A stretch of 64,000 nt of DNA. Source: Eubacteriales bacterium (GTDB lineage Bacteria > Bacillota > Clostridia > Oscillospirales > CAG-272). Location of the stretch: positions 21,478-85,477 of the forward strand of contig JAZNPB010000008.1 of NCBI GenBank assembly GCA_045589435.1, read 5' to 3'. The notes beneath the pieces are model-generated. The model made no database searches. It was given only the letters and a program-made list of their open reading frames with translations, and had not been told where the DNA came from. This document shows positions 33,244 to 43,299 of the stretch, piece after piece (the stretch's first letter is position 1; every line of letters starts with the position of its first letter). The translations under genes and the position numbers were made by a program.

Positions 33244-35900
33244 TTAGTAATTTAACAGTTTAAGCTTTGTATAAACTGTTCCGGCAGTGGAAGTCCAAGT
33301 TATTTGAGCACTTGTCGATATGCGACCACTATATCCTTGTTCTGTTAGTGTTGTACCATTTTCTGTTAATCTAACGCTATTTTTATAATAACCATAGGTT
33401 CCCAATCCGTAAGTTCCTCCGGATACTTTGGATGTTATAGTCACCGTACCATTCGCATTATATTGAACAGTTACACTATGATAATCACCTGCGGCCAAGG
33501 ACGTTGTATCAAATGTTATTCTTGCTAACACAACAATTGAAGTTGCTGTGCAAGACGAACCTTCACTACCATTTATTGTTACGTTTTGTGTTTTATCACT
33601 ACCGTTAGTAATGTTATTAACGCCCTCAACATAACCTGTGGTGAATTTAGGAAGCGTATCAGTACCTAAAATATGATAGGACTTCATGTGATATACCAAC
33701 GTCGTTCCTGATTCTACGTAAATTACTTTAACACCGCTATAGTTTCTAGTGTCAAATCCGCCTTCGTAAAGAATAGCATTTCCGTTCGCATCAGCATAGT
33801 ACGCTTCACATGTGATATATGCTCCATCAGGGAGATCTGGAAGCGTTACCGCTACATAACTAGATACAGGTTTAATTTCTGTGATCCACTTTGCATAAAT
33901 TTTAATTACATCAGAAGATAGCACATCATAATTCGTAGCACTTGTGATAGATCCAAATCCAACACTAAATGTTGTATTATCAAGATACCAACCATCAAAT
34001 ATCTTATCACTTCTTTCATGTGTAGGTGTGGGAAGCTTTGAAACTACATATGCTTCTTTGACCTCGTCATATTTCACTACAATATCATCACATGCATTGC
34101 CGCCGTTAGTAACAAATTCAAGTGTAACTTGATCTAGTATCCATTTTCCATTGTATACTTTTGCAGATCTTCCTGACGTAGTTATGCCAACGGGCGCACT
34201 TACACTAACCATATTACCGTCCGCATCATATGATTCGAAGTAACAAAGTGAAGTGTTAATAATGTTACTATGCCATGTATCTATGTGTCCAGTGGTGGTT
34301 GTTTTGCCTAATATTGTTGAAGTTGTTGTATAGTAAACACATTCAAACAATGTCAGGGTTGGACTTTCTGAAATACTAACAGTTGCGCCATGATTATTAG
34401 AGTAAATCTTACCTGCGAAGTTGGTTGCAACTAATGATCCATTGACTACAAATACTGCTTCGCTCGTTATTGGACACGGATTGGGATCGCCGGTTGGAAG
34501 ATTGTGAATACTGTCATAAACGGCGAAGTTTCCAGCGGTAAATTCAGTATTTTCATTTACAGTCAATCTTGCACCATGCATTAACTTTGTTGGATAGTTG
34601 ATTTGATATTTAGCAATAGCAGTTTGATCGTTAGCTTGATTCAATGATATATCAAATACCCAGCTTATTGGGAAGTAATACTCCGATGTGTTTACGTCAA
34701 TCGAGCCAAGATCCACGCCCAGTACTTCTCCCAATATTAATGTCATTTTAATCTCATTCAACCTTGCACCACCATATATATCTAACTTACATGGATTGCC
34801 GCTTTGTGCCAACAATTTATCATGATCATATTTCGCTACAACTTTACTGTAAGTTGAATCTGTAAGTTCAAGAAGCGCAGCAGATCCATTTCCAATTACT
34901 GACAAGGTTGCAGGATTGTGTTTTCCACCGGCATAAAGGTTGGCCCATCCATACAAACTAGCAGCATGATATATTGTCATTTCGGGTCGAACGTTCATTA
35001 GAACAAACTCACTAAATGGAGCCTGTGACAAAGTGTTTTTCTTATCGTACACAGTCTTCATATAGGTACCGCCGCCAAAGTCAAGGAATACAAATGGCTG
35101 ATAAATGCTTCCTGCGTTGAGTATTACTTGGCTTCCGTTGTTTTTAGACTCTTCTGTAATAAAGCCATAACAATTAATAACAGCGTCTTTAGAACCTGTA
35201 GGTATTTCTATTTTTGAATTGCTGCCCAATACTAATTCTGCATACAAACCTTCCGTGTGACCTGCATAAGGTGTACCGCCGGAACCACCAGCCAACTGGC
35301 CTGATATCTCAAGGATACCATTCAGCGTGATAGTCTTGCCAGCCGACAACTTAACTAATGTCATTCTTTCTTTCAATTCTGAAAGTGAGTAACCACCTAC
35401 TATCGTTGCGGTGGTGCTGGTGTTTCTACCATTAGCATCATCTGTAGTTCCGTAAGGAAGAATAAGAGTTACATCAGAATCAATAGTAAGATCAGTATCG
35501 ATAATTACATCGCCTGAGGTGTTAGGAATTACCCAAACGGTTCCACCACCGGTACTGTCATTCGCTGCTGTAACAGCATCAAATATTGTGTAATAATTGG
35601 TGCTATTATAGGTGGCTACTGCCGTAAGGTTGACAGTATAATCTGTTTTTGATACAGATTTATAATTTGAACTTGTAGGAGTGAATACAATTGTAAATGT
35701 TGCAACACCCGCGTCTATCGAAACGCCAGTAAACTCAAACGCACCGTCAACACTTGCAACGCCTGTAGTTGAAATCTTACTCAAATCGATAAGATTCTTA
35801 TAGGTCTTACCTGTGTAAGTAGGCCATGTCGTTACTGTAGGTGTATCCTGTGTAATCTGGATAGTTACACTAGTTCCGGAGTAGGCATAATTGCCATTAT
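33244..35900 (-). pseudogene. 5'-truncated paralog of the giant protein's conserved module (no start codon context, RBS or signal peptide); frame still open
   Basis: Homology to giant aa about 4548-5250 begins abruptly at NGNYAYSG (about nt 35900), in the last strand of an MBG-like repeat. The ORF-track N-terminus (TTG at 36015, MKASSTLPYSVTRPPFFHIITHFFHF) is antisense translation of a GTGG-box region. No in-frame ATG for about 200 codons. One Listeria-Bacteroides-type repeat (FDGWYLD..IYAKW) plus a unique 213-aa tail. Confidence 0.7.
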
Positions 35901-36238
35901 GGGAAGTTGACAATTTTTTTAGGATTTTTGCGGTAGAGAAGTGGAAAAAGTGGGTGATGATGTGGAAAAAAGGAGGGCGGGTTACGGAGTAGGGAAGCGT
36001 TGACGATGCCTTCAAGCAAAAATGAGCGGGAAACTGATTTTTCTTTTGTGAATATACTGAAAATGCTTGAAAGGTGCTTTGGATTTGCGGTTTTTTAGGA
36101 GTTTGTTAAAAAATCTGCGCAATGTAACAAAATAATCACATTTTCGCCACAAAACTCTAAAAAAATCTCAACAAAACCTACATAGTTTATATAAAAATTC
36201 GAAATATATTAACTTTTATTAAATATTGGAAAAAGATG

Positions 36239-36267
36239 TTGACAAAAACTATGAATTATGTTAAAAT
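36239..36267 (+). promoter_or_regulatory. Extended -10 promoter for the small lipoprotein gene
   Basis: TTGACA (36239-36244), 17-nt spacer ending in TGt, TAAAAT (36262-36267). Confidence 0.55.
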
Positions 36268-36336
36268 AATATCACAAGAGGAAAAACTCTTTGAAATAAA
36301 AACAAAAAAATAAATAAACAAAAGGAGACACACACA

Positions 36337-36726
36337 ATGAAAAAGACAATTTCTACAATCCTCGTATGCGTTCTTCTCGTAGGTTCGCTTCTTTCTCTCG
36401 CTTCTTGCGAAGTAGCAGGTTTCGTATTCGGAACTTATTCCAGAACAGACAAAATTATTGTTGACGTAACAACAACATACGAGTTCTCACTCACAGAAGT
36501 AACAAAGACCGTTACAACTGAAAACCTTATCGGCGACGGCAAGAACACAACAACCGAGACCATGAAGTACAAGGTTGGCGAAAACGATGAAGGCGAAAAG
36601 GTTATCGCTTTCACAGTTGAAACAGATGACGGTTCCAAGACAACAGAGTATAGCTTCAACTCCGGCAAGGATGACGGTGGCTCTTACATCGAAATCGCTG
36701 GTACAAGATACTACTCCGTAAAATAA
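36337..36726 (+). CDS. Small hypothetical lipoprotein (129 aa)
   Basis: RBS aaaggag. Signal peptide plus lipobox MKKTISTILVCVLLVGSLLSLASC. Thr/Glu/Asp-rich mature part. Confidence 0.7.
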   Translation: MKKTISTILVCVLLVGSLLSLASCEVAGFVFGTYSRTDKIIVDVTTTYEFSLTEVTKTVTTENLIGDGKNTTTETMKYKVGENDEGEKVIAFTVETDDGSKTTEYSFNSGKDDGGSYIEIAGTRYYSVK

Positions 36727-36790
36727 TTCAGTAAATACTTAAAACCTAATCGTTTTAGTTTTCATTTCATATTTCTCTCTCCTAATTTTA

Positions 36791-36817
36791 CGGGAAGCTT
36801 AGGCTTCCCGTTTTTTT
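36791..36817 (+). terminator. Intrinsic terminator
   Basis: cgggaagc-ttag-gcttcccg followed by ttttttt. Confidence 0.8.
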
Positions 36818-36919
36818 GCATTTTTATTCTCTTTTCATCGCATAAAAAATCCTCTTGAAAAAACAATAATTATATGTTATAATAGAATGATGTATTATGT
36901 GTAATTTTTTGGAGGAATA

Positions 36920-37834
36920 ATGAAAAACGAAAAAACAAAAGCGTTTTTATATAGCAATGGCCTTGTGATCTTAGGTACGGTAATTCTTGCTTTCGGCAGT
37001 GCAGTATTCTTGGTACCATTTGATTTGGTAATGGGCGGCACGTCGGGAATTGCAATAGCTATCAAGGAATTTTTCTTTGATAATGCCTCTCCCGAAGAAG
37101 CAAATCTTTATATCGAAATTGTTATTGCTATAATCACTTGGACTTTGTTTTTTATTGGCCTTATTTTCCTTGGCAGAGAATTTGCCGCAAAAACGTTGCT
37201 TTCGACTATAGTTTACCCTTTGGTTTTCCCGTTGCTTCTGATGTTGGTTTCGGAGGATGTGCTTGGCGGATTTTTCTACCTTGAGGGAAATGAATATAGC
37301 GAGCTTGCTCTCATCTTTTCCGGTGTAATGGGTGGCATGCTTTTAGGTGCGGGAAGCGCAATTGCGTTCCTAGGAGGAGGCACTACCGGAGGCACGGATA
37401 TCCTGTCGTTCCTCATATGCAAATTCTTCCCGAAATTAAAGATCTCGCAGGTAACGTTTTTCATAGATTTCACTATAATTCTTCTTGGAATCTTTGCTGT
37501 TAAAAATATTATTGTATCCGGTATCGGCGTTCTTTCGGCGTACGTTTCATCCCTTGTTATCGACAAGATATTCTTGGGTGGAAAGACGGCGTACGTTGCA
37601 AATATTGTGACTACCACCCCCGATGAGATCAGCCGTGATGTTATCGAAATTCTCGATAGAACGACCACCATAATGGATTGCAAAGGTGCGTATTCCGGCG
37701 AACACAAAAATATCGTCATGGTGTCATTTACCATGCGAGAATACCGCGAAATTCTAAGTATAGTTAGCAAATATGACAAAAAAGCCTTCATTACGGTGAG
37801 CAAGGCTCACGAGGTTTCCGGCGAAGGTTGGTAA
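36920..37834 (+). CDS. YitT-family membrane protein (C-terminal DUF2179-like domain)
   Basis: GGTSGIAIAI and GGGTTGGTDILS motifs. C-terminal TTTIMDCKGAYSGEHKNIVMVSFTMREYREILSIVSKYDKKAFITVSKAHEVSGEGW. Confidence 0.8.
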   Translation: MKNEKTKAFLYSNGLVILGTVILAFGSAVFLVPFDLVMGGTSGIAIAIKEFFFDNASPEEANLYIEIVIAIITWTLFFIGLIFLGREFAAKTLLSTIVYPLVFPLLLMLVSEDVLGGFFYLEGNEYSELALIFSGVMGGMLLGAGSAIAFLGGGTTGGTDILSFLICKFFPKLKISQVTFFIDFTIILLGIFAVKNIIVSGIGVLSAYVSSLVIDKIFLGGKTAYVANIVTTTPDEISRDVIEILDRTTTIMDCKGAYSGEHKNIVMVSFTMREYREILSIVSKYDKKAFITVSKAHEVSGEGW

Positions 37835-37858
37835 TTTTTAAGAAAGGAATGACACTAG

Positions 37859-38860
37859 ATGAAAAGAAAAATAACCAGGGATGATATAGTGAATTTTTTG
37901 AAAAAACAAGATTATAAAAAGATGATCAGGCAGGGGATTATGATATTGGCAAGTGCCTTTGTTCTTGCCTTGGCAGTAGAGCTGTTCATAGCTAAATTCA
38001 AATTGGTTTCGGGCGGAGTTACCGGCATTGCCATCGTTCTTGCAGAGCTGTTTGAGAAAACTAATAATGCTTTGAATGCTGAGTTCTGGATAACCCTTTT
38101 GACGTGGGTGTTCTTCTTCCTTGGATTTATTTTCGTTGGCAAAAAGTTTGCTCTGAAAACCTTGCTCTTTACCATAGTTTATCCCGTTTGTCTTCATATT
38201 GTCAAACTGTTTTTGGAGTGGGAATTTTTTGGTGATTATTTTAGCAAAATTTCAGAACCTACCAATGAAACCTATCAGGTCGGACTTGTTCTTGCCGCGG
38301 TAGTTGGAGGCGCATTGGTCGGCCTTGCAATAGCTATTTCATTTATGGCAGATAGCTCCACCGGCGGTGTTGATATTATCTCTCTTGCAATCTGTAAATT
38401 CTTCCCGAAGATTAAGCTCTCTCACGTTACCCTGATCATCGACGCTTCAATCGTTGTAGCAGGTATGTTTGCAACACAGGATTTTGTTAAATCTCTGCTC
38501 GGTATCATTTCTGCCGCAGTGACCTCGTTTATGATCGATAAGGTATTTCTCGGTGGCTCGAGAGCATTCATTGCGCAGATCGTGTCAGAAAAACATGAGG
38601 ACGTACGTACGGCAATTCGTGACGAGCTTGACAGAACGTCAACCATCTTTGACTGTATTGGCGGATACTCCGGAGAGAATAAGAAAATGGTCATGGTATC
38701 CTTTACTATGAGTCAGTATGCGCAGCTTATGAGTATTCTTGATCGCATTGATTCCCAGTGCTTCGTAACAGTACATAGAGCTCATGAAATCGGTGGACTT
38801 GGCTTCTCCATAGAGAAAAGGGCTGCATCTTCGTCAGCTTCCACAAAAAATAATTTGTAA
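37859..38860 (+). CDS. YitT-family membrane protein, tandem paralog
   Basis: Same motif set (SGGVTGIAIVL; DSSTGGVDIISL; STIFDCIGGYSGENKKMVMVSFTMSQYAQLMSILDRIDSQCFVTVHRAHEIGGLGF). Confidence 0.8.
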   Translation: MKRKITRDDIVNFLKKQDYKKMIRQGIMILASAFVLALAVELFIAKFKLVSGGVTGIAIVLAELFEKTNNALNAEFWITLLTWVFFFLGFIFVGKKFALKTLLFTIVYPVCLHIVKLFLEWEFFGDYFSKISEPTNETYQVGLVLAAVVGGALVGLAIAISFMADSSTGGVDIISLAICKFFPKIKLSHVTLIIDASIVVAGMFATQDFVKSLLGIISAAVTSFMIDKVFLGGSRAFIAQIVSEKHEDVRTAIRDELDRTSTIFDCIGGYSGENKKMVMVSFTMSQYAQLMSILDRIDSQCFVTVHRAHEIGGLGFSIEKRAASSSASTKNNL

Positions 38861-38956
38861 AATTATGTAATTTCTACAAAAAAGTTCTTGCATTTTGCAC
38901 TTCCTTGTAGTAAAATATAAGGGTATGAAATTTTGATTAATAGAGGAATATAGAAA

Positions 38957-40798
38957 ATGAAGCGTACCGATTTAAGAAATATTGCTATCATTGCACACGT
39001 TGACCACGGCAAAACGACCTTGGTTGACGAAATGCTTCGCCAAGGTGGTATTTACCGTGATAATCAGGACATGGCAGACCGTGTTATGGACTCCGGTGAC
39101 CTTGAGCGTGAGCGTGGAATTACAATTTTGGCAAAAAACACGGCAATTCATTATAAAGACGTAAAAATCAACGTTATCGACACTCCCGGCCACGCAGACT
39201 TTGGCGGCGAGGTTGAACGTATTCTCAAAATGGTAAACGGAGTTATCCTTTTGGTTGATGCTGCAGAGGGCCCCATGCCACAGACAAGATTCGTTCTTGA
39301 AAAGGCGCTTGCAATGGATCACAGAGTTATCGTTGTAGTAAACAAGGTAGATAGACCCGATGCTCGTCTTGATGAGATCGGTGACGAGGTTTTGGAGCTT
39401 CTTCTCGAGCTTAACGCTACGAACGAGCAGCTTGATTCTCCCATGCTCTTCTGCTCCGGTAGAGCAGGTACTGCATCCTTTGATCCATATACTCCTGGCA
39501 CAGATCTCAAACCCTTGCTTGACACCATTCTTGAATATATGCCTGCTCCCGAGGGGGAGGAAGAAGATCCTCTCCAGCTTCTCGTTTCTTCCATCGATTA
39601 CAATGAGTTCGTTGGTAGAATCGGTATTGGCCGCATTGAGCGCGGAGTTATCAAGCAGGGACAGGGCGTTTCTATATGCAACTACCATGGCGACGGAAAA
39701 TCTCGCCCATCAAAGATAGTTTCTATTTATCAGTTTGACGGATTGAAGCGTGTTCCGGTAACTGAGGCAAAGGTTGGTGACATCGTTTGCTTCTCCGGAT
39801 GCGAGGATATTGCTATCGGTGATACAGTTTGCTCTCCTGCAAAGGTAGAGCCTCTTGAGTTCGTTAAGGTTGGCGAGCCTACAATGGAGATGACCTTCTC
39901 TGTAAACGATTCTCCCTTCGCGGGTAAAGAAGGTAAGTTCGTAACTTCCCGTCATCTTCGTGCAAGACTCTATAAAGAGCTGCTTCGCGACGTATCTCTC
40001 CGTGTAACAGACGGTGATACCACTGATTCCTTCCGCGTAGCGGGTAGAGGCGAGATGCATCTTTCGATCCTTATCGAAAATATGCGCCGCGAGGGATATG
40101 AGCTTTGCTGCTCCAACCCAAGAGTGCTTTATAAGGAGATCGATGGTGAGAAGTGTGAGCCTATTGAGGACGTCATCGTTGACGTTCCAGAAATGTATGT
40201 TGGCGCAGTAATGGAAAAACTTGGTGCAAGAAAGGGTATCTTAAACGATATGCAGCTCCACGGATCTCGCCAGAAGCTGTTCTATACAATTCCCACAAGA
40301 TGTCTTTTCGGGTACAGAAGCGAGCTTCTTACCGACACCAGAGGTGAGGGTCTTATTTCCACACTCTTTGCAGGATACGAGCCCTTCCGCGGCGAGATCA
40401 AGACTAGATTCACCTCATCTCTCGTTGCATCCGAAAAGGGTGTATCAACTACCTACGGACTTTATCAGTCCCAGGATAGAGGTCCTCTCTTCATCGGCCC
40501 TGCAACTCCTGTTTATGAGGGTATGATCGTAGGCGAGAACCCCAAGCCTGATGATATTGAAGTAAACGTTTGTAAGGAAAAGCACCTTACTGCTATTCGT
40601 TCCTCCGGAGCAGATGAAAAGCTCACTCTTATTACACCCGTTCAGCTCTCTCTTGAGGAAGCTATTGAGTTTATCACAGAGGACGAGCTTATTGAGGTAA
40701 CTCCCAAGAGCATCAGACTCCGTAAGGTAATTCTCGATACTCCTACGAGAAAGCGTATTCAGGCGCAGAAGCGTGCTGCACTTAAAGAGAAAAAATAA
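38957..40798 (+). CDS. typA: Translational GTPase TypA/BipA
   Basis: G motifs AIIAHVDHGKTTLVD, DTPGHADFGGEVER, NKVDR. BipA-type length (613 aa) and C-terminal domain. Confidence 0.93.
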   Translation: MKRTDLRNIAIIAHVDHGKTTLVDEMLRQGGIYRDNQDMADRVMDSGDLERERGITILAKNTAIHYKDVKINVIDTPGHADFGGEVERILKMVNGVILLVDAAEGPMPQTRFVLEKALAMDHRVIVVVNKVDRPDARLDEIGDEVLELLLELNATNEQLDSPMLFCSGRAGTASFDPYTPGTDLKPLLDTILEYMPAPEGEEEDPLQLLVSSIDYNEFVGRIGIGRIERGVIKQGQGVSICNYHGDGKSRPSKIVSIYQFDGLKRVPVTEAKVGDIVCFSGCEDIAIGDTVCSPAKVEPLEFVKVGEPTMEMTFSVNDSPFAGKEGKFVTSRHLRARLYKELLRDVSLRVTDGDTTDSFRVAGRGEMHLSILIENMRREGYELCCSNPRVLYKEIDGEKCEPIEDVIVDVPEMYVGAVMEKLGARKGILNDMQLHGSRQKLFYTIPTRCLFGYRSELLTDTRGEGLISTLFAGYEPFRGEIKTRFTSSLVASEKGVSTTYGLYQSQDRGPLFIGPATPVYEGMIVGENPKPDDIEVNVCKEKHLTAIRSSGADEKLTLITPVQLSLEEAIEFITEDELIEVTPKSIRLRKVILDTPTRKRIQAQKRAALKEKK

Positions 40799-40808
40799 TT
40801 ATTTTAAG

Positions 40809-40843
40809 CTCGGGATGACTCTGATCATTCCGAGTTTTCTTTC
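40809..40843 (+). terminator. Intrinsic terminator after typA
   Basis: ctcgggatga-ctctga-tcattccgag (one G-U pair) followed by ttttctttc. Confidence 0.7.
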
Positions 40844-40937
40844 ATATACAAAATTAAAGAAAAAGTCGTTTTAATATTGCATTTTAGGTTTTAGTATGGT
40901 ACAATATAAATGTTAGAACATTAACAGAGGTAACGAT

Positions 40938-41858
40938 ATGAATAGATATCTTGATATAGCTCCCGAGGTTGCTGCTGCCCTTGCAGAGGGGCGCCCTGTG
41001 GTAGCTTTGGAATCTACTATAATTTCACACGGTATGCCATATCCTGAAAACGTGAAAACAGCCTTGGCAGTAGAGCAGATCATCCGTGATAACGGTGCTG
41101 TTCCCGCAACTATTGCCATCATCGGCGGAAGACTTAAGGCAGGACTCTCCGTAGAGGAGATCACTCATCTTGGAAAAAAGGGAACTGGAGTTATTAAGGC
41201 ATCCAGACGCGATCTTCCCGTGCTTTTGGCGAAAGGCGAGGACGGCGCGACCACTGTAACTACTACTATGATGATAGCAGACATGGCGGGTATTCGTGTG
41301 TTTGCCACAGGTGGAATAGGCGGCGTTCACAGAGGAGCAGAAACCACGATGGATATATCTGCAGACCTCCTAGAGCTTGCCAATACACAGGTTATGGTAA
41401 TCTGTGCAGGTGCAAAATCCATTCTTGACCTTGGTCTGACTCTTGAATATCTTGAAACTAACGGCGTTACCGTTATCGGATACGGCACAAAGGAGCTTCC
41501 TGCATTCTATACCAGAACCTCCGGTCACAGCGTTGATTATCGCCTTGATACACCGAAGGAAATTGCAGAAGCGTTTAACGTTAAGGTGGAGCTTGGTCTT
41601 CGCGGCGGAATGCTTGTAACTAACCCGATCCCCGAGGAGTATTCTATGGCTCCCGAGGTAATAAACGCTGCTATAGACAGAGCGATCAGCGAAGCAACAG
41701 AAGCCGGAATCAAGGGAAAGGAAACTACTCCGTTCTTACTTGCGAAGGTAAAGGAGCTTACCGGTGGAGATTCTCTTGAGAGTAACATCAACTTGGTTTA
41801 TAACAATGCTCGGCTTGGAGCAAAAATCGCAACAGAACTTACGAAAATACCGCAATAA
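40938..41858 (+). CDS. psuG: Pseudouridine-5'-phosphate glycosidase
   Basis: PsuG-type N-terminus (VAAALAEGRPVVALESTIISHGMPYPEN) and GGIGGVHRGAETTMDISADL. Confidence 0.88.
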   Translation: MNRYLDIAPEVAAALAEGRPVVALESTIISHGMPYPENVKTALAVEQIIRDNGAVPATIAIIGGRLKAGLSVEEITHLGKKGTGVIKASRRDLPVLLAKGEDGATTVTTTMMIADMAGIRVFATGGIGGVHRGAETTMDISADLLELANTQVMVICAGAKSILDLGLTLEYLETNGVTVIGYGTKELPAFYTRTSGHSVDYRLDTPKEIAEAFNVKVELGLRGGMLVTNPIPEEYSMAPEVINAAIDRAISEATEAGIKGKETTPFLLAKVKELTGGDSLESNINLVYNNARLGAKIATELTKIPQ

Positions 41859-41903
41859 TCTTTGAAAACTACCAAATTTCGACTAAATTGTGAGGAAAGT
41901 AAA

Positions 41904-43205
41904 ATGGCAAAAAAGAGATATGCTCAAGTAGGCCTAGGCGGCAGAGCAAGAATGTATTATAACGCAATAGCAAAGACGTTTTCCGAAACATCAGAGCTTG
42001 TAGCACTCTGTGATATAAACCAAACGCGACTTAATTATGCAAACGAAATTCTCGAAGGAGAGCTTGGATATAAGAAGCTCCCAACCTACGGTGCAGACGA
42101 GTTTGAGAAGATGATACTCGAAACCAAGCCTGACGTTGTTATAGTAACCTCAATTGACCGCACTCATCATAGATATATTATCAAGGCTATGGAAATGGGA
42201 TGTGACGTTGTGTCTGAAAAGCCCATGACTGTGGATGAGGTGAAGTGTCAGGAAATAATCGACTGCATAGAACGCACAGGAAAGAGCCTCAGAGTTACCT
42301 TCAACTACCGTTACGCTCCTCATAATACAAAGGTTCGCGAGCTTATTATGGACGAGGTTATCGGCAAGATAACTCAGGTTCATTTTGAATGGATCCTTAA
42401 TACTTCTCACGGCGCAGATTACTTCCGTCGCTGGCATAGAGATAAAAGAAACAGCGGTGGACTTCTCGTACATAAATCTACCCATCATTTTGACCTTGTA
42501 AACTTCTGGCTCGGAAGCTATCCTACCCGCGTGTTTGCGCTTGGCGATCTTAAATTCTATGGCAGAGAAAACGCAGAGGAAAGAGGAGTTACAAAGTTCT
42601 ATTCCCGCGTTCACGGACAGAAAAATGCAGAGGGCGATCCTTTCGCTCTTGTAATGGATAATAACGAAAGTCTTCGTCGCCTATATCTTGATGCCGAGGC
42701 TGATGATGGCTACATCCGCGACCAGAGCGTGTTTGGAGATAATATCTCCATTGAGGATACCATGAACGTTCTCGTTCAGTACAAATCCGGCGCTCAGCTT
42801 TCCTACTCACTCAATGCTTACTCTCCCTTTGAGGGATTCCGCGTTTCCTTTACGGGAACAAAGGGCAGAATGGAGCTTCTTGTAAACGAGGGAGTTTACG
42901 TCAATGCCGGTGGTGATAGCGCTACCGAGGGCGTTACTGACTGCGAAAAGATCACCGTTTATCCCCTGTTTGGAAAGCCATACGAGGTGGAGATAGAAAA
43001 GGGTGTTGGAGGTCACGGTGGTGGAGATACCGTGCTTCTTAACGACATTTTTGGTACTCCCGCACCTGATAGATTCCATCGCGCAGCATCTTACGTAGAC
43101 GGTGCAATGAGTATTCTCACAGGAATAAGCGCAAATAAATCCATCGCATCCGGAATGCCGATCACCCCTCTTTCTCTGGTAGATATTCCGGGATATAAAA
43201 AATAA
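41904..43205 (+). CDS. Gfo/Idh/MocA-family oxidoreductase
   Basis: Start moved to ATG 41904 (RBS gaggaaag). Rossmann start YAQVGLGGRARMYY and the family EKPM motif (DVVSEKPMT). Confidence 0.75.
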   Translation: MAKKRYAQVGLGGRARMYYNAIAKTFSETSELVALCDINQTRLNYANEILEGELGYKKLPTYGADEFEKMILETKPDVVIVTSIDRTHHRYIIKAMEMGCDVVSEKPMTVDEVKCQEIIDCIERTGKSLRVTFNYRYAPHNTKVRELIMDEVIGKITQVHFEWILNTSHGADYFRRWHRDKRNSGGLLVHKSTHHFDLVNFWLGSYPTRVFALGDLKFYGRENAEERGVTKFYSRVHGQKNAEGDPFALVMDNNESLRRLYLDAEADDGYIRDQSVFGDNISIEDTMNVLVQYKSGAQLSYSLNAYSPFEGFRVSFTGTKGRMELLVNEGVYVNAGGDSATEGVTDCEKITVYPLFGKPYEVEIEKGVGGHGGGDTVLLNDIFGTPAPDRFHRAASYVDGAMSILTGISANKSIASGMPITPLSLVDIPGYKK

Positions 43206-43218
43206 AATGTAAAAAACA

Positions 43219-43250
43219 AAAGGCTATTGCAAAATTTGCAATAGCCTTTA
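43219..43250. terminator. Bidirectional terminator between the oxidoreductase gene and trxA
   Basis: aggctattgca-aaattt-tgcaatagcct, flanked by an A-run and a T-run. Confidence 0.65.
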
Positions 43251-43299
43251 AAACTGCCTATAATGTAAATAATTCTTCTCAAAAAGCGTTATTTATCGA

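Noticed and set aside
33500-33580. A possible degenerate Hint N-terminus in the paralog tail: TQNVTINGSEGSSC-TATSIVVLARITF versus SQAVTISASSSSC-IAAGTLITLADGT in the giant protein.
   Set aside because: The similarity is limited to about 12 residues around the Cys. The G-T-x-I-x-x-x-D-G core and blocks B, F and G are absent, and only about 100 non-Hint-like residues follow. It is probably a shared linker composition, not a domain.
35901-36015. The ORF-track N-terminus MKASSTLPYSVTRPPFFHIITHFFHFSTAKILKKLSTSH as the genuine start of the 923-aa protein.
   Set aside because: It has a TTG start with no Shine-Dalgarno sequence. The peptide is the antisense reading of the GTGG-box array, where ccac gives the His/Phe runs. 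It has no homology to the giant protein and no signal-peptide character.
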